DNA from: Shigella phage ESh16
Length of the DNA: 64,000 bases
Direction: 5' to 3' (one strand)
Sequence record: ON528726
Shown piece after piece: positions 48,262 through 59,633 of this stretch. Position 1 is the stretch's first letter, and every line of letters starts with the position of its first letter. Below the pieces are notes generated by a model, which made no database searches, was not told the origin of the DNA, and saw only the letters and a list, made by a program, of their open reading frames with translations. The position numbers and the translations under genes were made by a program.

Positions 48262-48942
48262 ATGATAGATAAAGATTATATTGCAGAGCTGAAGGCTCTT
48301 GATGATAATAAAGAAGCTAAAGCTAAATTAGCTGAATATGCTGAACAGTTTGGTATAAAAGTCAAAAAGAATAAATCTTTTGATAATATCGTTAATGATA
48401 TTGAAGAAGCCCTCCAGAAGCTCGCTAGTGAACCTATGCCAGAGACTGATGGGTTATCTATTAAAGACTTAATTGATGCTGCTGATGCTGCAGACGGATT
48501 AAAATATGACGATGAAGAAGTCAATCCAGAGGCAGCACTTCTGATTGATTCTCCGGTTAAATCTGACATTAAAATTGAAGTAGTAGAAACGGATAAAATT
48601 CCTGAAAATACCGATGTTTTGATTGAAGATACTCCTTTTGTTGAAGAAAAATTCGAGCAGGCTGTAGCTGAGATTATTGAATCTGAAAAGCCGTCCGTAT
48701 TTACTCTTCCGGAAAACTTTAGCCCAAATCTTCAGCTGATTGGAAAAAATCCAGGATTCTGCACTGTTCCTTGGTGGATTTACCAATGGATTGCTGAAAC
48801 TCCAGATTGGAAATCTCACCCAACTAGTTTTGAACATGCGTCTGCACACCAAACTTTATTTAGCTTAATTTATTACATTAATCGCGACGGATCAGTTCTA
48901 ATTCGTGAAACACGTAATTCTTCTTTCGTAACATTAAAATAA
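48262..48942 (+). CDS. inh: Inh, inhibitor of prohead protease (226 aa)
   Basis: Assigned by position upstream of hoc and size; acidic N-terminal half. Confidence 0.65.
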   Translation: MIDKDYIAELKALDDNKEAKAKLAEYAEQFGIKVKKNKSFDNIVNDIEEALQKLASEPMPETDGLSIKDLIDAADAADGLKYDDEEVNPEAALLIDSPVKSDIKIEVVETDKIPENTDVLIEDTPFVEEKFEQAVAEIIESEKPSVFTLPENFSPNLQLIGKNPGFCTVPWWIYQWIAETPDWKSHPTSFEHASAHQTLFSLIYYINRDGSVLIRETRNSSFVTLK

Positions 48943-48951
48943 GGATAACTT

Positions 48952-50658
48952 ATGGCTTTTACAGTTGATATAACTCCTAAAACACCTACTGGAGTTATAG
49001 ATCAGACTCAGCAGTTTACTGCTACACCCAGTGGTCAAACTGGAGATGGACCTATTACATATGCTTGGACTGTAGACGACGCTCCACAGGAAGAAACGTC
49101 AGCAACTTTTAGTTATGTACTAAAAGGACCTGCCGGTCAAAAGACTATTAAAGTAGTTGCAACCAATCAAGTTGCAGAATCTGAACCTGAAACAGCAGAA
49201 ATTAGTACAACTATCACAGTTCAAAATAAGACACAAACAACTACTTTAGCTGTAACTCCTGGTAGCCCTGATGCTGGAGTGATTGGAACTCCAATTGAAT
49301 TTACCGCTGCCTTAGCTTCACAGCCATCAGGTGCAAACGCTACGTATCAATGGCACGTTGACGGTTCTCCTGTAGACGAAGCAACTTCTGCTACATTCAA
49401 TTACACTCCTGCCACAAGCGGAGTTAAAAAAATCAAGTGTATAGCTCAAGTAACCGCGACTGATTACGATACATTGAGCGTTACTTCTAATGAAGTGTCA
49501 CTGACTGTTAATAAAAAGACGCAGACGACTACCTTGGCAGTAACTCCTGATAGTCCTCCAGCTGGAGTGATTGGAACAGCCGTTGAATTTACTGCTGCCT
49601 TAGCTTCTCAACCTGATGGGGCATCTGCTACGTATCAGTGGTATGTAGATGATTCTCAAATTGGTGAAGCGACTTCTGCTACATTTAGCTATACTCCAAC
49701 TACAAGTGGAGTAAAAAGAATTAAATGCGTAGCGCAAGTAACAGCAACAGATTATGACGCAAAAACAGTTACTTCTAATGAAGTATCATTAACAGTTAAT
49801 AAGAAGACACAGACAACTACGTTAGCCGTAACTCCTGCTAATCCTGCTGCCGGAGTAATTGGAACCCCAGTTCAATTTACTGCTGCCTTGGCTTCACAGC
49901 CACCAGGAGCGTCTGCTACGTATCAGTGGTATGTTGACGGTTCTCTGGTCGATGGAGAAACTACTACTACATTTAACTATACTCCTACCACAGTTGGAGC
50001 TAAAACAGTTAAGTGTGTAGCGCAAGTAACTGCAGAAAATTACAATGAAAAGGAAGTTACTTCTAATGAAGTATCATTGACAGTTAATAAGAAAACAATG
50101 AATCCACAGGTTACATTGACTCCTCCTTCTATTAACGTTCAGCAAGATGCTTCGGCTACATTTACGGCTAATGTTACGGATGCTCCAGAAGAAGCACAAA
50201 TCGAATACTCATGGAAGAAAGATTCTTCTCCTGTAGAAGGGTCAACTAATGTATACACCGTTGATACATCATCTATTGGAAGTCAAACTATTGAAGTTAC
50301 TGCAACTGTTACCGCTACTGATTATGATAGCAAAACTATCACAGCAGAAGGCCAAGTTCAGGTAACTGATAAAGTTGCTCCAGAACCAGAAGGTGAATTG
50401 CCTTATGTTCATCCTCTTCCACATCGTACTTCAGCTTATATCTGGTGCGGTTGGTGGGTTATGGATGAAATCCAAAAAATGACTGAAGAAGGTAAAGATT
50501 GGAAAACTGAAGATCCAGATAGTAAATACTATCTGCATCGTTACACTCTTCAGAAGATGATGAAAGACTATCCAGAAGTTGATGTTCAAGAATCACGCAA
50601 TGGATACATCATTCATAAAACTGCTTTAGAAACTGGTATCATCTATACCTATCCATAA
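48952..50658 (+). CDS. hoc: Hoc, highly immunogenic outer capsid protein, expanded form (568 aa) with five Ig-like domains plus capsid-binding C-terminal domain
   Basis: Tandem 96-aa Ig-like repeats (KTQTTTLAVTP...VTSNEVSLTVNK); C-terminal Trp-rich domain; position. Confidence 0.88.
   Translation: MAFTVDITPKTPTGVIDQTQQFTATPSGQTGDGPITYAWTVDDAPQEETSATFSYVLKGPAGQKTIKVVATNQVAESEPETAEISTTITVQNKTQTTTLAVTPGSPDAGVIGTPIEFTAALASQPSGANATYQWHVDGSPVDEATSATFNYTPATSGVKKIKCIAQVTATDYDTLSVTSNEVSLTVNKKTQTTTLAVTPDSPPAGVIGTAVEFTAALASQPDGASATYQWYVDDSQIGEATSATFSYTPTTSGVKRIKCVAQVTATDYDAKTVTSNEVSLTVNKKTQTTTLAVTPANPAAGVIGTPVQFTAALASQPPGASATYQWYVDGSLVDGETTTTFNYTPTTVGAKTVKCVAQVTAENYNEKEVTSNEVSLTVNKKTMNPQVTLTPPSINVQQDASATFTANVTDAPEEAQIEYSWKKDSSPVEGSTNVYTVDTSSIGSQTIEVTATVTATDYDSKTITAEGQVQVTDKVAPEPEGELPYVHPLPHRTSAYIWCGWWVMDEIQKMTEEGKDWKTEDPDSKYYLHRYTLQKMMKDYPEVDVQESRNGYIIHKTALETGIIYTYP
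49228..50091 (+). repeat. Three tandem near-identical 288-bp direct repeats inside hoc (one Ig-like domain each)
   Basis: Unit boundaries at 49228, 49516, 49804, 50092 by codon counting; units nearly identical at DNA level. Confidence 0.85.
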
Positions 50659-50662
50659 TCAT

Positions 50663-50690
50663 AAGGGGCTTCTGCCCCTTTCTTCATTTT
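50663..50690 (+). terminator. Rho-independent terminator after hoc
   Basis: aaggggcttctgcccctt then T-rich tract. Confidence 0.6.
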
Positions 50691-50747
50691 GAAAGCACAC
50701 AAAACACACTCAGAAAATGATGTATATAATGGCATCAACTCGATAAC

Positions 50748-50963
50748 ATGAGATTGATTATGAGAACTGAGGTTGTGGTGTTTACTCTTCATGAGTCTGG
50801 AAAGTCATTCATTGAAATTGCTCGTGAATTGAACTTACAGGCAAAGGAAGTGGCTGTATTATGGGCTCGAGCTATGACTGCTAAGAATAAATTTGAAACT
50901 CGAGAAAAAGTTGTCTATAGAAAAAGACATATTAATAAAAAGGTGAAAAATGGAACAGTATGA
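50748..50963 (+). CDS. 24.3: Hypothetical protein (71 aa)
   Basis: Position between hoc and rnlB; start uncertain (ATG 50748 or 50760). Confidence 0.5.
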   Translation: MRLIMRTEVVVFTLHESGKSFIEIARELNLQAKEVAVLWARAMTAKNKFETREKVVYRKRHINKKVKNGTV

Positions 50964-51228
50964 TCTTTATGAAAATGAATCCTTTGCTAATCGATTACGC
51001 GAAAAAGCACTTAAAAGTAAACAGTTTAAGCTAGAGTGTTTTATTAAAGATTTTTCGGAACTTGCTAATAAAGCAGCTGAACAAGGTAAAACATATTTTA
51101 GTTATTATTGTACTGCTCGCGATAAATTGATTACTGAAGAAATTGGTGATTGGCTGAGAAAAGAAGGATTTAGCTTTAAAGTCAATAGTGATCAGCGTGA
51201 TGGTGATTGGTTAGAAATTACATTTTGA
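50950..51228 (+). CDS. 24.2: Hypothetical protein (92 aa)
   Basis: Position between hoc and rnlB. Confidence 0.5.
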   Translation: MEQYDLYENESFANRLREKALKSKQFKLECFIKDFSELANKAAEQGKTYFSYYCTARDKLITEEIGDWLRKEGFSFKVNSDQRDGDWLEITF

Positions 51229-51237
51229 GGATTAATT

Positions 51238-52242
51238 ATGTTTAAAAAGTATAGCAGTCTTGAAAATCATTACAACTCTAAATTTATTGAAAAACTTTAC
51301 AGTTTAGGATTGACTGGCGGCGAATGGGTAGCTCGTGAAAAGATTCACGGCACAAATTTTTCATTGATTATTGAGCGTGATAAAGTAACTTGTGCTAAAC
51401 GCACTGGTCCTATTCTTCCTGCTGAAGATTTCTTTGGGTATGAAATTGTTTTAAAGAATTACGCTGATTCCATTAAAGCAGTACAAGATATTATGGAAAC
51501 TTCAGCGGTTGTATCTTATCAAGTCTTTGGCGAATTCGCTGGACCTGGCATTCAGAAGAATGTCGATTATGGCGATAAAGATTTTTATGTATTTGACATT
51601 ATTGTTACTACAGAAAGTGGTGATGTGACTTATGTCGATGATTATATGATGGAATCATTCTGCAATACATTTAAATTTAAAATGGCTCCACTTTTAGGTC
51701 GCGGTAAATTTGAAGAACTTATTAAATTGCCAAATGATTTAGATTCCGTCGTCCAAGATTATAATTTTACGGTAGACCACGCTGGATTAGTTGATGCAAA
51801 TAAATGCGTTTGGAATGCCGAAGCAAAAGGCGAAGTATTTACCGCTGAAGGATATGTATTGAAACCTTGTTATCCTTCTTGGCTGCCTAATCGCAATCGT
51901 GTAGCCATCAAATGCAAGAACTCTAAATTTAGTGAAAAGAAAAAGTCTGATAAGCCTATTAAAGCTAAAGTTGAACTGTCAGAAGCTGATAACAAATTGG
52001 TGGGAATTTTAGCTTGTTACGTTACACTGAACCGAGTAAATAACGTTATTTCTAAAATTGGCGAAATTGGTCCAAAAGATTTTGGAAAGGTGATGGGACT
52101 AACTGTTCAAGATATTTTGGAAGAAACTTCTCGTGAAGGTATTACTCTAACTCAAGCGGATAGTCCTTCTTTGGTTAAAAAGGAATTAGTTAAAATGGTA
52201 CAAGATGTACTTCGTCCGGCTTGGATTGAATTGGTAAGTTAA
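51238..52242 (+). CDS. rnlB: RNA ligase 2 (334 aa)
   Basis: [41 protein letters not shown]... with KxHG adenylation motif. Confidence 0.96.
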   Translation: MFKKYSSLENHYNSKFIEKLYSLGLTGGEWVAREKIHGTNFSLIIERDKVTCAKRTGPILPAEDFFGYEIVLKNYADSIKAVQDIMETSAVVSYQVFGEFAGPGIQKNVDYGDKDFYVFDIIVTTESGDVTYVDDYMMESFCNTFKFKMAPLLGRGKFEELIKLPNDLDSVVQDYNFTVDHAGLVDANKCVWNAEAKGEVFTAEGYVLKPCYPSWLPNRNRVAIKCKNSKFSEKKKSDKPIKAKVELSEADNKLVGILACYVTLNRVNNVISKIGEIGPKDFGKVMGLTVQDILEETSREGITLTQADSPSLVKKELVKMVQDVLRPAWIELVS

Positions 52243-52246
52243 ATAA

Positions 52247-52268
52247 AAAGGGACCGAAAGGTCCCTTT
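52247..52268. terminator. Bidirectional terminator between convergent rnlB and gene 24
   Basis: aaagggaccgaaaggtcccttt flanked by A-run and T-run. Confidence 0.65.
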
Positions 52269-52271
52269 GTT

Positions 52272-53555
52272 TTATTCATCAATGATAATTTTTGGTAGCT
52301 TAACACCTAATAAAACAGACAAATCTGAACGACCCGCCATTTTATCCATGTCTCCACCGTCAATTACTCTTGCTTCTTTTTCATCTTTTGCTACAGTGTA
52401 AGGATTTGCAGATAAAGCATATCTAACTAATAAACCGATAGATGGCTGCAAACTTTCTGGATCAACTACAACTTTAAATGCACCTACATGTTCAGGGTCA
52501 TCTAAGTCAAGACCTTCTGTATACGGAGCATAGAAAATTGACCCAACAATTTCTTTTTCACCGATATTTTCTACTACGCCAACTATTACATAATCCAATG
52601 GGCTGTTGGTATCGCAATAAAGCGGTAAACCATTAGCTAAGAACCCGTAGGCATTTTGTGAAAGATATTTATCATCTTCTGGTTTATGTTTTAACCAACC
52701 TGATGCAGCAAGAATCGCAGCGGCACGAGCTGAAGCAACACAGAACGTTGCTGTATAAGTTGATTCTTTCTGAATATGTGAAACCATTTCACACACCATT
52801 CGGTATAATGAACGACCAGCTTCAGGTGCAGATGCATAACTCAAATCAATGAATCCAGTATCAGTAATTCCTGTAACTTTATAGCGTTTTGATACTGTAA
52901 TCAAAGACTGTAGAATATCTTTATTGATTTCATCCGCCATTTCAGTTGCAAGCAAATCTTCCAAGAAATTAGGAGCATCGAATCCATTTGCTTCTAAATC
53001 TTGTGCTAATTCGACTGTGATGCCAGTTTTAAGTTTACGAGATTTAACTGCGGTTTGCCATTTATTAATCTGGAATCTAGCATCCGCAATTTCACTATCA
53101 GAGCTTTCAAATTTGCTTGTTACTGCAGCATCAGAAAATAGACGAACCTTTAAAAGAACGATTGCAATCTGAAGAGCTAATTCTAAATCACTTTCTTCAA
53201 TATCAGCAAATGGTGTATTTTCTAATACTTTATAAACGATATTATTATATTTGAATAAATCGCCTTTATTGAGAGTTAATTTAGACTCTTCTGTTAATTC
53301 TGTGATTTGTTCTCGGTCTACGTATCCAGCTTCGCCAGCGTAAGTAGCACCAGTTTTAAATGTAAATTCGTTATCTGGGTTAAGGTATTTGATACCATAA
53401 AAAGCAGCAACAGGTTGATTAGTTCTTTGCGTTGCTACAATGTCAGAATATATTAATTTAGTGGTAGCGCGAGTCAAAGCAACGAGATTTGGGCGACCGA
53501 TTGAGTTGCTATTCGTTGTGGTTGATTCGCGCAGAAGTTCGTTGATTTTAGCCAT
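52272..53555 (-). CDS. 24: Capsid vertex protein gp24 (427 aa)
   Basis: Size identical to T4 gp24; synteny next to 23. Confidence 0.93.
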   Translation of the reverse strand: MAKINELLRESTTTNSNSIGRPNLVALTRATTKLIYSDIVATQRTNQPVAAFYGIKYLNPDNEFTFKTGATYAGEAGYVDREQITELTEESKLTLNKGDLFKYNNIVYKVLENTPFADIEESDLELALQIAIVLLKVRLFSDAAVTSKFESSDSEIADARFQINKWQTAVKSRKLKTGITVELAQDLEANGFDAPNFLEDLLATEMADEINKDILQSLITVSKRYKVTGITDTGFIDLSYASAPEAGRSLYRMVCEMVSHIQKESTYTATFCVASARAAAILAASGWLKHKPEDDKYLSQNAYGFLANGLPLYCDTNSPLDYVIVGVVENIGEKEIVGSIFYAPYTEGLDLDDPEHVGAFKVVVDPESLQPSIGLLVRYALSANPYTVAKDEKEARVIDGGDMDKMAGRSDLSVLLGVKLPKIIIDE

Positions 53556-53582
53556 TGCGCTTTCCTTTTGGTTTATATGATT

Positions 53583-53590
53583 TATTTATA
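53583..53590 (-). promoter_or_regulatory. Late promoter for gene 24
   Basis: Plus-strand tatttata about 28 nt upstream of gene 24 start. Confidence 0.55.
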
Positions 53591-53607
53591 CCATAAAAAC
53601 AACTAAA

Positions 53608-53623
53608 GGGACCCGAAGGTCCC
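53608..53623 (-). terminator. Terminator hairpin after gene 23 (CUUCGG loop on minus strand)
   Basis: gggacccgaaggtccc with T-rich tract following on minus strand. Confidence 0.6.
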
Positions 53624-53638
53624 TTAAATCGTCAAAGA

Positions 53639-55204
53639 TTAGATACCTTTAACATATACACGGCGGAAGTAAGCGTTTTTACCAAGGCTATTCAGAATAG
53701 AAGGCATACCGCTCTGGATGCGAGAAGCCGGAGCCTGAGCAGCGGATTCTGCAAATGGGTTGATACCGATACCGTAACGAGTTTTGAATCCCATTACTGG
53801 TTGGAAGTTCTTCGGATCGGAACCACGCAGCGGAGTCAGAGCTACATATGGAGCGTAGTAAATACCAGCATCCATTTCGTTCGGACCTTTATAACCTACA
53901 GTGAAATAATCCTGTTTAGCATACTGGTCGATATATACACGGTATTTACCACCCAGAACACCAGCAAATACTGACTTGGTAGTATCAGTGTTAAAGCCGG
54001 TAGCCAGACCCTGTGCAGCATAAGAAATGCCAGTATCAACTGAAGCCAGAACGTTAACTACGTTACGGGAAGCGATAATGAAGTTACCTTCACCACGACC
54101 AGTCTGACGAGCAATTTCAACTGCTTCTTTGTCAATCTGGAACAACAGAGCTTTAAAGGATTCACCCGCCCAGCGAGCACCACGAATATCAATCGGATCC
54201 TGGAAGTCAAATACACCAGCTTTAGAACCCGGAGTCAGGGTCATACCAGATTTACCAACCTGAGCTGAGTAGTTAATCCAATCAACAACTTCGCGGTTGA
54301 TTTCCAGCATGATTTCGGTAGCCAGAATACCAGACAGTTCAGCATCAGCATCCATACCGTGAACAGCGCGGAGGTCTTGTGCTAATTCGATAGAGTAAGC
54401 AGCTTTCAGCTGACGAGATTTAGCTTCGATAACTTGTTTATCGATACGGAAGCCCATTTCATTCCATGGGTTATCGGTAGAACCGTTGAAACCTTCCTGA
54501 AGTTCAGCGATAGAAGTAGCCATACCTTCAGCGATTTCTACCAGTACACCAGCTTCCATTTGTTTCTTAATTTCAGCATCTAATTTAGCAGCGTCAGTTG
54601 CGCTTGCACTAATTGTTACTTGAGCAGAAGCTTGCAGATACACAGTACCAGTGTCCTGGAAGAAGTGAGTATAGATATCACCTACTGTGGTTTGTGTGCT
54701 AGCAGCCAGAGCTGTGAATTTCTTAGCAGCACCCTGACCAGAGAACATTGCATCTGGACCATACATTGGGTGGAATGCTTCTTTAGCGCCGGCAGCGATT
54801 GGGTCTTTACCATATACTGCGCGCAGTGCGAATACCTGACCAGTCGGGCTGTTCATCGGCTGAACACCGCAAATATCGAAAGCAATCAGGTTAGGAATAG
54901 CACGACGTACCATACCCATAACAGCTGGGCCAATCTGAGTTACTGCGCCAGAAGTTTGACCAGCAGCGATGTTAGTAGCGTTGTAACCGTGGTCACCACC
55001 GATTTCAGCTTCTGTTAAGAAAGAACCGAACGCCTGAGCGATTTTTTCGTCTTTGTATTCTGGAGCTGTCTGGAAATCTTTTTCCTGGTTTTCAAAGATT
55101 TTAGCGATAATCGCTTGTTTGCTATTAGCAATTTCCGGTAAACCTTCACCTTCCAGTAATGGCTTCCATTTGTTCAAAAGTTCAGCTTTAGTTTTGATAG
55201 TCAT
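53639..55204 (-). CDS. 23: Major capsid protein gp23 (521 aa)
   Basis: Size identical to T4 gp23; synteny 20-67-68-21-22-23-24. Confidence 0.97.
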   Translation of the reverse strand: MTIKTKAELLNKWKPLLEGEGLPEIANSKQAIIAKIFENQEKDFQTAPEYKDEKIAQAFGSFLTEAEIGGDHGYNATNIAAGQTSGAVTQIGPAVMGMVRRAIPNLIAFDICGVQPMNSPTGQVFALRAVYGKDPIAAGAKEAFHPMYGPDAMFSGQGAAKKFTALAASTQTTVGDIYTHFFQDTGTVYLQASAQVTISASATDAAKLDAEIKKQMEAGVLVEIAEGMATSIAELQEGFNGSTDNPWNEMGFRIDKQVIEAKSRQLKAAYSIELAQDLRAVHGMDADAELSGILATEIMLEINREVVDWINYSAQVGKSGMTLTPGSKAGVFDFQDPIDIRGARWAGESFKALLFQIDKEAVEIARQTGRGEGNFIIASRNVVNVLASVDTGISYAAQGLATGFNTDTTKSVFAGVLGGKYRVYIDQYAKQDYFTVGYKGPNEMDAGIYYAPYVALTPLRGSDPKNFQPVMGFKTRYGIGINPFAESAAQAPASRIQSGMPSILNSLGKNAYFRRVYVKGI

Positions 55205-55222
55205 TTGTGTTAACCTTTAAAA

Positions 55223-56032
55223 TTAGAAACGAGATGCGACTTTCGCATATACACTTACAATATCTTCTGCACCAGGTGCAGCTTTATCTTCTACAGCTTC
55301 AGTGACGAAATTCAGTCCGGCTGCTTCAGTATCAGGAGTATTTATACCCTCAGTAATAGTGCTTTCATCTTTATTAGACTTCTTCACCATTTCTACGATG
55401 GCACTCAATTTACTTGAGAATGCATCTGAATAATCCATACCTTCGACCAGAGCAGAGACTTTTTCTTTTTGAGACTCAGTCAGATCTTTAGTACTTTCGC
55501 TCAATGCCACTTCACGCTGCACATAATTGATATATGCGTCACGCTTATTGAGTTCTTCGAACAGACGAGCTGATTCTTCTTTATGTTCTTGCAGCTCTTC
55601 TTCCATTTCAGCTACAACATCAACTGATTCTTCTGGAACAACAACGTTGTGTTCAACAAAGAGCTCTTTTAATCCACCTAGCATGGATTCAAACAGTTCG
55701 GCTTTGATGCCTTTATCAACTGCTAATTTATTTTCAGCGAGCCATTCTTTTGCAAGATGGTCGATGAATTTAGAAGCTTGCTCAGCAATTTTCTTCTCAG
55801 CTTTTTCTTCGGCTTCTTCTTTATTTTTTTCTACTTCTTCTTCTGCTTTTTCAGCAATTTTAGCGATATGAGATTCAGCTAATTTAACGGCGTGCTGCTT
55901 GACGGTAGCTTCGAATACAGTGCCGAAAGTTTCTTTTGCTTCCGGAGAAATATTAACTGATTCGAAAATACTATCAAGAGCAACGGAAGCATCAATTTTT
56001 TGCGCTTCAGCAATCAGTTGTTCTTTAAGCAT
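55223..56032 (-). CDS. 22: Prohead core scaffold protein gp22 (269 aa)
   Basis: Glu/Lys/Ala-rich coiled-coil; size identical to T4 gp22. Confidence 0.92.
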   Translation of the reverse strand: MLKEQLIAEAQKIDASVALDSIFESVNISPEAKETFGTVFEATVKQHAVKLAESHIAKIAEKAEEEVEKNKEEAEEKAEKKIAEQASKFIDHLAKEWLAENKLAVDKGIKAELFESMLGGLKELFVEHNVVVPEESVDVVAEMEEELQEHKEESARLFEELNKRDAYINYVQREVALSESTKDLTESQKEKVSALVEGMDYSDAFSSKLSAIVEMVKKSNKDESTITEGINTPDTEAAGLNFVTEAVEDKAAPGAEDIVSVYAKVASRF

Positions 56033-56059
56033 TTTGTAGTCCTGTTGTTTAGATAATAA

Positions 56060-56067
56060 TATTTATA
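56060..56067 (-). promoter_or_regulatory. Late promoter for gene 22
   Basis: Plus-strand tatttata immediately upstream of gene 22. Confidence 0.55.
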
Positions 56068-56701
56068 ACGCTTTTTTCATGGCCTCTGCGAGAGCCATAT
56101 AGGCGTCATCGGCACTTGTATCGGCTTCCGCCGTCTGTGATTCGGTAATTTCCTTAGGAGTTACCCATGCATCTGGAGCACTTGGACCCCATACTGCATC
56201 AACACCTACAGTTAATTTGAATCCTTCGTTTACGATACGATAACCTTTATTTGTGTCAGTCAATGAACCTAATCCACGAGAAGAAACTCCTGGAATCCAT
56301 CCGGCACGAATATTAGCTGCTAATTTATCTCCAGGACCATGGTCACCTTCAATAACACGAGCTCGTCCGTATACGTCATTTCCTTTCCACCACATATCTT
56401 CTATAATGATAGCGGCTTGCATCGGGTCAACATTAGCGCGTGGAGGATGATTTAATTCTCCGAGAGCTTGTTTAGTTAAAACTTGCTCATTGATATAGTC
56501 TTTTACCGCTTTTTCTAATATGCGTTTTGGATAAAGACGTTTATTTCTATTGACGACTTCCGCTTGCATGAATATTCCTTCGATGTATAAACCAGGTTTT
56601 AAACCGAGGTCTTTTCCATCATGAGATTCAAGCATTGGCACACCATCAATAATTTCGCCAGGTTGACCCCAAGTTTCAATTAGTAATTGGGGTTCATTCA
56701 T
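56063..56701 (-). CDS. 21: Prohead protease gp21 (212 aa)
   Basis: Size identical to T4 gp21; synteny. Confidence 0.92.
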   Translation of the reverse strand: MNEPQLLIETWGQPGEIIDGVPMLESHDGKDLGLKPGLYIEGIFMQAEVVNRNKRLYPKRILEKAVKDYINEQVLTKQALGELNHPPRANVDPMQAAIIIEDMWWKGNDVYGRARVIEGDHGPGDKLAANIRAGWIPGVSSRGLGSLTDTNKGYRIVNEGFKLTVGVDAVWGPSAPDAWVTPKEITESQTAEADTSADDAYMALAEAMKKAL

Positions 56702-57126
56702 TAGCTTAATCCTAATGCTTTACGGCGTTTAAGAGCTTTTTTACGCTTACGCTGAGCACGAGATTGACCTGCTGGGTTGGCAATCTTCGTTTTGGTAGCT
56801 TTGCGAGCAATTTGTCTACGTTTTGCTTTAGACAGCCCGGTGGTTTGAAATGCATTACGTTCACGCGTCTTGCGGTCTTTAGTACGTGTAATTTCACCAC
56901 GAGCAGAAACATGTTTAACGATGAATTCATTTAGCGGCATATCTTCATTAATAGAAGCTAATGCAATCGCTAAATCAGTTTCATCATCAAGCATATTCTC
57001 GACAATTGTATTTATATCGTCTTTATTTAAAGCAGAAGACAATTCGTCAAAGCGACCCTGTGCTTCAGGAATAAGTGCTTCGACATTCTCGAGAACTAAT
57101 TCATGAGTTTCAGGGATCAGAAGCAT
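56701..57126 (-). CDS. 68: Prohead core protein gp68 (141 aa)
   Basis: Size and synteny. Confidence 0.85.
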   Translation of the reverse strand: MLLIPETHELVLENVEALIPEAQGRFDELSSALNKDDINTIVENMLDDETDLAIALASINEDMPLNEFIVKHVSARGEITRTKDRKTRERNAFQTTGLSKAKRRQIARKATKTKIANPAGQSRAQRKRKKALKRRKALGLS

Positions 57127-57367
57127 TATTCATCCTCGTCTTCGTCATCTTCGTCAGAGTCTTTGTCTTTTTTGTCGTCTTTATCATCGCTATCTTCGTC
57201 ATCATCATCCTCATCATCAGGTTCTTCACCTTCGATTAAGAAATTACGAGCGATAGCGATTTTTTCTTCTTTAATTAAATCAATCGTTCTTGCAGCCATG
57301 GCTTCAGCAAAGAATTTACGAGCGGCTACGAGGTCGTTTGATTTAATAGCTTCAATTAAACCTTCCA

Positions 57368-57368
<1 letters not shown>
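57126..57368 (-). CDS. 67: Prohead core protein gp67 (80 aa) with poly-acidic C-terminal tail
   Basis: [33 protein letters not shown] tail; size. Confidence 0.85.
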
Positions 57369-58993
<1,625 letters not shown>

Positions 58994-59025
58994 TTAAGCA
59001 GGATGGGGATTTCTCCCCATTCATT

Positions 59026-59517
59026 TTATTCCCAATAATCGAGAGCAAGAGTTACTTCAAATGTTTGGATTTCATTGTTTGAATCCCAATCTAATTGAAG
59101 TTCACCCACGTTAGTAGGCCACAGGCCTTTAATTTCGACTTCTTTTGTTACAGTTTTAGCGTCACGAGCGTATTGGCGAACAACAGCGCTCTTTTTATAC
59201 TCTGCTGGTTTTCCACCAGTAATTTCGTTCCCTTGCCCAGCAGCAATGCTTTGCCAATCAACAAACTTCTGGCGAGCATCATGTGCCTCATCGTTCATTA
59301 CTGTAACAGTCCAGTCATCGAATGTACGATCGCCTGCTACGTTAATTTTACGGTTCATAAATCCGACTGGAATTTTTTCTACAATACCAGCTGGTAAAGC
59401 AGTGGCTTTGCATTGAAACGTAAAATTTTGACCAAGATAAGAAATTTCTACTTGGAATAAGTTAGGTCGAGCAAAATCACCAGATTCAAACGCTCGTGTT
59501 ACATCATCTACAAACAT
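59026..59517 (-). CDS. 19: Tail tube protein gp19 (163 aa)
   Basis: Size identical to T4 gp19; synteny. Confidence 0.93.
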   Translation of the reverse strand: MFVDDVTRAFESGDFARPNLFQVEISYLGQNFTFQCKATALPAGIVEKIPVGFMNRKINVAGDRTFDDWTVTVMNDEAHDARQKFVDWQSIAAGQGNEITGGKPAEYKKSAVVRQYARDAKTVTKEVEIKGLWPTNVGELQLDWDSNNEIQTFEVTLALDYWE

Positions 59518-59590
59518 ATTAGCCTCTGTAGTATTTATATCCCTATGTTTAACCTAGGGCATATAGAATTAAAGAATTAAGGATATAGTG

Positions 59591-59598
59591 TATTTATA
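59591..59598 (-). promoter_or_regulatory. Late promoter for gene 19
   Basis: Plus-strand tatttata; adjacent hairpin ggcctgccgaaacaggcc (59600-59617). Confidence 0.5.
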
Positions 59599-59633
59599 TG
59601 GCCTGCCGAAACAGGCCTTTAGAATGCACCGTA

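Noticed and set aside
49228-50091. Tandem repeats in hoc as a CRISPR-like or satellite array
   Set aside because: Units are 288 bp, in-frame and coding (Ig-like domains) without spacer/repeat alternation; this is domain duplication, not CRISPR.
54620-55018. 132-aa plus-strand ORF antisense to gene 23
   Set aside because: Lies inside the major capsid gene on the opposite strand; Ser/Cys-rich artefactual frame.
55527-55871. 114-aa Ser-rich plus-strand ORF antisense to gene 22
   Set aside because: Poly-Ser product is the mirror of the Glu/Ala/Lys-rich gp22 codons; artefact.
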